DNA of 64,000 nt, from assembly GCA_051294375.1 (NCBI GenBank), contig CM119263.1, positions 14,400,414-14,464,413 of the forward strand, read 5' to 3'. Below, piece by piece: positions 55,187 through 64,000 of the stretch (within the stretch, counting starts at the first letter, position 1; each line of letters starts with the position of its first letter). The notes below the pieces were generated by a model, which worked only from the letters and a program-made list of their open reading frames with translations, was not told the origin of the DNA and did no database searches. The DNA is from Paraspadella gotoi (taxonomy: Eukaryota > Animalia > Chaetognatha). The translations under genes and the position numbers were made by a program.

Positions 55187-58100
55187 ACCTGTCATTCCCA
55201 GACAATTTAGGAATTGGTTTAAATTCAGAAATTGTTCTTTGACGGTTAATGATAACAGGTTCAGTCAAAAGAAATAAATCACTCGCGTCTATAGCTACGA
55301 ATTTTTTAATTATTCAATCTTCATGAACTACGTCGGTTGAATTTCTGGAAAGAGTTCGTGGTACACGTGGACAATTAATTGTTTGTTTTTTGGGGTTTTT
55401 TTAATATTAAAAAACCCTACATCATAAAAATAATAAGCTCAAAAGAATATTGAAAATATTTTACCTACGACTTATTTTCTTTTCAAATTTGGAAACACTT
55501 ACATATATGAATAGGAGTTAAGCCCCAAGTTTTTCCCTCAATTCGTTTTATATTTCTACAATACTAGGGAAAAACAGATGTGAACTTTCGGACGTCATCC
55601 TAATAAAGATGAATGTGATTTCTCTTCAAAAGATAACATACGATCTATACACATTATTAGAGGGACCTTTTCTCAATAACTTCGGGTTATACTAACTAAC
55701 TTCAACAAAGATTCTTACCGATGACAAAGATGACGCCGAGGATCCCCCAGTGTTTTGGGGAGGAGGAGTGATTCTTGGAACCCCCGAAAATTTCTGAGGG
55801 GTTTGCCGAGGTGGGGGAAGATGGCGGTTGGGGACTGCCTTGCTTATAACGAAAGGAACCTGTAAGAGTTAAGTTACGTATCACCGAAATTATCAATATA
55901 AAAATTATCGAAACAATATTAGATAAATTTGCCAGGCGTCGATATAAAATGTTTTTAAACACACACAAATTCATACAGTTTTTATAAAATCCTTGCTCTT
56001 TTATCTACAAAGAAACTTCAACGATTATTCCCGGACTGCTGCGAACCTGGTGGCGAGCCGAGGATTGAGCAGCTGCTGCAGAGATAAGAGCAGCAGTCAG
56101 CTCCTCCTGATCCTCATTTGAATATTCCTGCGCCTCCTTTTTAATGTGGACGTTGGCGGGCGGCGAAAGACCCGCTTTGACGGGCGTGGAGCCTCGAGCA
56201 ACCCCCAGGAGCGATCCGATCTCCCCGGGTTCGATCTTAGGCCGAATCGGCCCTCGTCCGGACCGTGATTCCTCGGAGCCATCTGTCTCGGCGTCGGGGC
56301 ATAGGTACACCTGTCACAAGACAATTTGTGAGAGAGTTGTGATGAAAGCGAGACGTAAAAAATCTTTTTTGCAATGAGATGTAACGAAGATCTTGTACCG
56401 AAACCAAAATAACAATGATTAAACTACAAAAAAATGGTAAAAAATTAAATTACTATATTACTCTTTCGTTGCTTAGCTTTGACAACGCCTTGGGAGGAAA
56501 ATCAAATTATTTTTTTAGCGCGTTTCTCTTACTATTGTTTATCTCTCATTCTCTGACTCTGTTTATTCATTCGTTCTACATCCCGCCCTCGTAGCACGCC
56601 GACGCGTTTGATCACGCCCCTGACCCTTCACCCCGTCATGGTCCCATTCGATTATCCGCCTTTGGACCTCACAGGTTTCTTTGCATCCCCCCGACCGCCG
56701 TCCGCCAAAGGCTGACCTCGATAGCCCCGTTGTGGGACTTGAGCCAAATCTGCAACGACTGTTTCGGGTCCGGGACTTCGAGCCTCGTGTCCGCCGGCGC
56801 CTTCACCGCCATCACCGTTTGATTCTTGAATGCGTCCACGTTGCGGATGTCCTGATATGTCACGTAGGCCAGGCGCCTGAGGAAGGAAAAGCATAAGATA
56901 GAAATACCGGGTTTTCTATGCCTTTAATCATTACAAGGCGATCAAGGCAAGTACACGGTTCCAATTAAAAAGGAGACGTAATAACCATAATGAAGATTTC
57001 AAAAAAGGTTTTAAAAATTGCAATATTACTTGGATTATTATTTTTTTTAATTTATTTAATATAAGATAGTAAGATTATACTTTGTAGTCTAAACCCTCAT
57101 TGTAAAAAAAATCATATATAACCTTGGTACCCTCAAGAAATTATGCATTCCCACCCCTTTCTGTTTAGCCTCTAAGATATTATGTTATTTGATATCTATT
57201 AGAAAACTAGGACAGATTGTAATCTCACCTTGTGTTGTATAGATGCTCCCTCTATTTCCAGAAGACAATACCGACCTCCCCCTCCCAAAAATTAATTATT
57301 GGATATAATAAGTAAAAATTTTTAAAAAGCAATATATATATAATTAAATAATATAGATTAAATAGTAAAACCTTTATAAAATATAAAAATAGAAAATAGT
57401 GAATGGATGGATATAAAACACAAGGTTAAAAAAACTAAGGAAGTTTCACCAATTTCTATAAATATTCAATCTGAGAAAGTGATTTTGGTTCTCGACCAGC
57501 TCCTGTCCGCCACTTTTTCTTTATTTTTGATAAAAATTTTGTTCATATCGACTCTCAAGATTTCTCGACGTTTTTGTTGTCTTGTTTCTTTTTATTCCGA
57601 CCCTTAATACCCTTCGCAGGGCCTTCGCATCGTTGGCTGCATCAAAAGATGTCGCTTCACCGAGATTCTTCGCGCGATCTGAATAGGAATGTGTCTCCCG
57701 GATGTCGACACCACGCCCATTAATAGATGGCAATGTTAGAGGGGACGTGGGAGTGCCGAGGCGAGATAAAGAAAAAACGACCTCCAGTACCTTCTTCCCT
57801 TCCTACGGAAGCGCCAACAACGAGAAGAGAATAGCCACTCTTTTTTTTTTTTTTTTACTGTCTCGCCGTCCCGGGAGAAATTCAAATTTATCTCACGATT
57901 CATTTTTATTCCACGCGCCTTTTTTGTTGTTTTTTAGGTCAACGACTGAAGGCAAAAGTCGAAATGAAGTTAGTTTTACACGTTTGGAATTTAAAATTTT
58001 AAGGAGCTTTTAATTCATTTATTTGAGTTAATAGTTAATTCAAAATACTTTTAATCGCAATTGATCGACATTGATACATAAAAGCTAAATATGGTAAAAA

Positions 58101-58753
58101 ATAAGTAGCGAAGCAGAAACTTCAATAAAACATTTCTCGCCTCATGAACTCATAACAATGCCAATGGCAGAGAGAAAAAAAAGACAGAACAAAAAATTTC
58201 ATGTTTTGGCTTCGCGTGAAAAATACAGATAAAAAAAGCAAGAAAAGAAAATCATTAATGTGCAAAATGAAATATAAAAAAACGGTCCTCGGTTAAATGC
58301 GTCATTTCAATATCTCCTTTAGTTAAAGCTTGGAGACCCCATTCTCCGAGACACTACTAATCCCTCCGAATTTGACGCATCTCGATGCAGACATCTCGTT
58401 TCTGAGCACCAAAATTTATTGGAATCATATCATTTTTTTTTTCTGACTTTTGAATTACTTCGAACGTTTTTGTTCTCTTCTCATCACACCAATCGTCCTC
58501 TTCGTTCATCGTTAATGATGTCAATGATTAAATGATTCATGATATCATTAAATGAGGCCAACTAACGAAAACTATGTATACAAACCAAAATTATTGAATA
58601 CATTCAAGAATTAGAGGCCCACCGCAAAAGCGCCTCAGTACCGGAACAAGTCTGGGCAAACTCCGTAAGCAGAGCACGATCGCGCCGTAAGCTTTGTACG
58701 CACAACACGATCGGATCGAACTGAAGGGCGTAAAGAGCGGAAAAAGCAGAAGG

Positions 58754-58814
<61 letters not shown>

Positions 58815-60268
58815 CTCGCGCGCGCGCTCAGGGAAAGCAGCATTGGGACGTGATCTCGTGAAGAGGAAAATTTACAATTCAGTTATTTCTCTACTTTCAG
58901 TTGTTGTTTATATTGATGATGACAAAATGATTTTGATGATGGATCAAGAATAACGAATAGTGAATGGCAGAATATTGCATACGAGACGACAAGGCACATG
59001 AGAATCAAAGAAACGGCTTCACTAATGAGAGCCTGGAAGGTTGAAACTTAACTTTAAAGCACATTTCGCCGTCGTCGGCTTAGGAACAGCGTGACGGCGA
59101 AAACGAGGACATTACCCTCAAAAAAGGTGAGTGCGCATGAAGTCCGCGTGCGGCGGTGAAATGTCCTGCGGCCTCTCTCCCCCCCCCCACCACCTCTTCG
59201 CCCGACTCTCGAGTAAAAGCGGCGTCGGGAGGCAATTTGTCGTGAAAAATGAGTGGAGGCTCGGAGAAGAATGAAGGATGAGTTCGTCGGTTCTCGTCCC
59301 GATCTCGTTCCCTTGTTTACCGCGATAAGCGCTCTATCTCTCTCTCTCTCTCCCGCTAATGCAAACACGTTTGCTCCTAAAGCCTCGAAAGCCTAAAATA
59401 TAAAACCACGTTGCGGTATGTGCATTCAAGTTCCTGAACCAAGGTTTTGTCAAGGTCAAGAGAGCGTTTCATAAATACTAATTAAAATGGTCACTTTCAA
59501 GATAAAAACGAGATGTGGATTATTCAATATAGCTATATTATAGCCTAATTGTTCATAAATTATATTTTACTCTTAACAACGCTATCAACAATGTCGAGAT
59601 CAGCCCAGTTCAATCGGTGAATGTACAATGCAAAAACGTGAAGAGTACAACGCTCTTAGCTTCTTACTATTATCATTACCCTTGAAACTATTTCCGCATT
59701 TGGCATCCGAAAAAACTATATATAATTCTATGAATATGCTAAAGAAGCGTAATCGGCGAATTAGTATTAAACAAAGAGATTTCTACATCCTGACGGATGA
59801 AAGACCTTTTCCGGCGAAGTGGAAAGAAAATGGGCAAGATTTAGTTTACGAGGAACATTAGTCTCTGATGAGAAGACGCGAAAAGGTATCCTATTAAAGA
59901 AGTAAGAATAGCCTAAAAGGGTATGCGGAGGAAATAGTTTCAGTCGCGGCTAAAAAGTAGTACGTTATGATGAGCAACCCAAAAGGCTTTTGTTTCATGA
60001 AAACGACTAATAAGAAAAAAAAAAGGTATGTTTTTTTTTTTATGGCTTACTGAGTAGCGGAGTTGTCACTGAAAAAAAAACGACAAACCGCCTAAGTACA
60101 GGAACAAACTAACAAACAAGCGAACAAACAAACGATGATTTCGATAATCGATTTCCGGTTTTCACTCGTCGCCGAGCAATTTGCCTAAATCACAGAATCA
60201 CATAGAAAATTCCTCACCCCTTTCTCTCTCTCTCTCTCTCTGGGCTCAAATAAAGAGAAAGAGTGGAA

Positions 60269-60336
<68 letters not shown>

Positions 60337-62865
60337 AGATCAGAAGGGGAATTGATTTATCAATGATTCACGGAAAGAGCCCGGGTGAGAAGGGAAGGGG
60401 AGGAATCTATGAGCGTTTAGATCCCAAAAAACTCTTTAGGCATTTTCAGTAGATTCGTCTAGAAAAGAATCCATCAGCTAGTTTCTTTTTTTATTGGCTT
60501 CCTATTCTTGTGGCTTCTTTCTCGATTTTTTTTTTCAATTCTCTTTTATTCTAGATTGCTGACAGTCAAGCTACAACGCCATCATCCTGATAACGGGGAA
60601 CATTGGAACATTATCCATAAAGATTCCAGAAGAAAACGACGAGGAACGAGTCATTTTCACAAATGCTTAGTCATTATCCCTTGCCTCGATGCCGCAGTGT
60701 ATTGTATTGTATATGGATTATGATGATCAATGATAAACATTAACATTTTTGAGTGCAAAAATCCTACCTATGATAATAAACCTTGATGAAAGAGCTATTA
60801 TGCAAATTCAATTAACAGAATAATGGACTTAAGGAAAGAAAAACCGTTTCCGACTTACTTACATGGTAATTACTTCCATGACAAAGCGACGGCTATGGTA
60901 AAACGATTCAACTGAGACGAAGAAACAAACATCACGATCACCCTTTCGTGCGAAAGGAGGTGGAGCAATGGGGGTTGAGGGGGTTGAGGGGGTTTAGACG
61001 TCAAAAAAAAAGGTGGTTAGAGAAGGAGCAAAAACGAAGATATGAACATTAAAATGTAGACGTGGAGTTGAGGTTAAAGGACCAGGAGGTCGTTCTCTAA
61101 TAATAGAGGCGAGTCGGGGAAAAAAAAAAGAAAGTAACTGAAAAAGAGGGGAGAACGCGTTACTGGTTCGATTAGTCTCAAAGTCAGGCGTTAAAAAAAA
61201 CGATGGAAAGGGGGAAAAAGTTTTCCCAGACAACTGAATTTATAACGTTGGAGCTACAAACAATGATAATTTTAAGAGAATACATTGTGATATGAATCCT
61301 TTCTTTTTCGTTGTTAACGCTGATGAAGGCTTGAAAGTAAAGCCGAAACATGTCTGTTTTATATTAATAAAACCAATCGTTGTCACACTCCAAATCAAAC
61401 TTTCTTTAAGAGAATACATATATAGACTTCAGTATTATACGTTAGCCCATTGCATGTTGCTACGCCTTCAACTTTGCGTCATTCTAATTTTGTAGCAAGT
61501 GTAAGAACGTCATTCGGCCCAGTTGGAAAATGTTCGCTTCTCAATGAAATGACGTGGGGGATTATAGCGAAAGGAGCCTGGGAAGCGATTTAATGGGAAA
61601 ATGAAATCTAATTCCGTCATGAAAACAAAGGAGCGGCGTTATCATCTCATTCCTTCCTCATTCGAGAGATTCACTTATTCAAATAGTCGATGAAATAATA
61701 TTCATAGCGAAGAAACTCGAAAGAAGTTTGTTTTAACTTAAATTTTATATTATATACTAATGAGAAATGGAGCTGTGGCGTGGTTGGGCAGTGGGCCGCA
61801 GGATGGAAAATTAAGAAACCGCCAAGCATGGCACTTTTTGTTTCAGTGGTTAAATAGCAATTTTTCTCATACAATTTCCAACGGTGGGAGCGCTCGTGAA
61901 CCCGCCACAACCACATCCCGACCCCGAAACCCATATCATCGCCCGACGACGGACGCTCTCCCCCCCCCCCCCGTTTCTGCCCGTCGGCGCCATCGCTCTT
62001 CATAATGAGCGAAATTGAAATGAGGTCGTTTGTCTTTCACCCAAATTCGCGAACTTTGCAAACCTTCGTCTCTCTCGTCTTGAGCGGCTCCCCGTTTCGA
62101 CTAAAGGGAGAGTTCCCGTTTCTTCGGATCTTTAGATACAAAGACATCGACCATGGGCGCAACTGTTAGGAACTGACGAGTTCTACTCATTACATCAGTG
62201 CCCGGTTTTTCAAGTAGGGCCTCTTTTACAAGGCCTATAGCATTTTCCCGATTTCACTGCTTGTCCCCCCGTCTGATTTTCCTCACGCCATATATTTTGG
62301 GTATACGTTAAATAACGTTCGTTGCTTTATCACGGTTCCAATTGGTTTCATGGTACACTTCCCGCTACCCAACACAACCCATTTCGTCACAAAAATCCAT
62401 CCCTGTCGAGCCCCAAACGCTGACTCCCCCTTTTTGCAAATTACCTAAGAAGCTTCTTTCCAAATTGCCGCCGCTTAATTAGAAAGATTTTTCTTATTTT
62501 ATTCCCATTCTCACAATTTTCTCTCGTTTTCTTTAAAAAAAAGATTCAGTCAGAAATTTAGTTCTTATTAGAGCCCATTTAAAAAATAATGGATTTTATG
62601 AAATTACATTGTTAAGTAATACTTACATACGGAAATACGTTGCAAAATAATCGAAACCTCCAATCGACAATCATAAATCACATCAGGTGCTTACTTGGTC
62701 TCAGAATCTTGATCCAAGTTTCGGACTTGATGCCGCGCTTGCGTCAACAGCGCGTCGATGTTATTCTCCTTCGCCTCCATGTCCGCCAACTCCTGCTGCA
62801 TGTCCATCGCCACGCCCACTCCAAGAACGGAATCTCCGTCCGTTTGGAGGAGGGATTGGTGGCCC
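54058..62865 (-). CDS. E2F: E2F transcription factor (Rb-binding, E2F1-3-like), 3' part; DNA-binding domain not in the window (presumably beyond its right end)
   Basis: Coiled-coil exon 62865-62695 ([19 protein letters not shown]...). Marked-box exon 56876-56717 ([10 protein letters not shown]...[19 protein letters not shown]...[11 protein letters not shown]) continuing to VYLCP at 56310. Small exons near 55.8 and 54.85 kb. The last exon ends with the Rb-binding motif [18 protein letters not shown]. Confidence 0.93.
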
Positions 62866-64000
62866 CTGGAGAGGAGAGAGGGAAGGAGAGAGAGAGAGAG
62901 CGAAGGAAGAGAGAGAGGGAGAGAAAGAGAGAGAGGGAGAGAAAGAGAGAGAGAGAGGGAAAGAATGCGGAGAAACTGGTTGATTAAAGAAGAAATCGGG
63001 TCAGGAGAATGACTCAGTCCTATTTTTTCAGAGACATTTTAAGATATGTTAATTGGTTTTTTTTTATCTTTCTCTGCCGCGAGCGAAAATAATTGATCTA
63101 TAGGTGTGGCAATACTGAATGTTTTATCAGATAATAAATCGGTAGTAAAAAGGCAAGCTGAAGCTTTCGGGCGGTAAAAGGTCTACTTGCCACACTACCA
63201 TGAAAAAGGGAATGAAAGAAGATGAGTTTCAGCCAACCGGAAACGGGGGGGGGTTAGAGAAATTCGATGAAAAACAAATCTTTGAATCCAGTCTATTCTA
63301 TAAAAGATCTTCTGTTATACCACGAAGTATTTTCAAGATTCATTCTTTTTCTAAACTATCTATCTAACCGCATCAAACCTCACGCTATCTATATATAACT
63401 TCAAACCTATCCGAAAACCCCATTCCAACTTCGAACAATCCTCCAACGCCATCTCCCAAGGATATTTTTTTTTTTTTTGGAAATTGCTGTCGTCTTCTGA
63501 CAGACGAACACAAAACCCCATTGAATTTTCCTCGGAAAAACGCATCATTCATTGCATTAATAACAAGATGAAGCACAGAAGAAAAAAAAATAAAGTTAAT
63601 GAAAAAAATTTTTCCTCGGGGTCCCGGGGGGTTTATTTGTGGAGCGATGGGGGCAATTGACGGGACGTAAAGGGGGGAATGGTAGCCCGGGGAAGAGGGG
63701 GGGACAAGGGTTCTGTGGAAGCATCTCGGGGAAAAAAATCCGACGGGGTTTAGAAAGTCTTTCCTTCCCAGAACTCGGAGTAAAGAAACGAAATTTCCTC
63801 AAAGCTTTTTGTTTTGTTTTCAGACAAATTTTTATTTAAAAAAAAATTGAGCGATTCATATTTCATTTCGAAGCTCCTAATTTTCGTTTAAGTCAATTTT
63901 AGATTTAAAAGTCAGAAGAATTCAAGATTTTTAGATTTTGAGATTTTTAGCATTTTTTATTTGATATATATGTAGCTTTTCGTAGAACATTAGTCAAAGC

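Noticed and set aside
56877-62694. Nested gene in the large E2F intron
   Set aside because: Short ORFs lack domains or coherent exon structure; probably non-coding.

Overview
Intron-rich, AT-rich animal genomic DNA with dense (GA/CT)n microsatellites. It is probably an invertebrate, possibly an arthropod, but the taxon cannot be fixed from this window. Gene models were spliced by eye using GT-AG sites and phase matching, so exon boundaries are approximate. Two large + strand genes for secreted mosaic proteins lie in tandem: gene A (CAP/SCP domain, 4 PAN/apple-like modules and a 12-aa repeat; ~3.5-20.5 kb) and gene B (signal peptide, mucin-like region, 8 PAN-like modules, Ig, WAP and C-terminal F5/8 discoidin domain; ~21.5-47.2 kb). 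Three multi-exon membrane-protein genes are nested antisense in their introns: an EGF-repeat type I membrane protein, a SYNJ2BP/OMP25-like tail-anchored PDZ protein and a MARCH-type RING-CH ligase. Downstream are an intronless PNT+ETS (EHF/ELF5-like) gene with kappaB-like upstream sites and the 3' part of an E2F gene. A ~14.7 kb palindrome (23930-38625) beside an N gap is most likely an assembly/foldback artefact. It flips one gene B exon and reveals a 0.4 kb insertion polymorphism.
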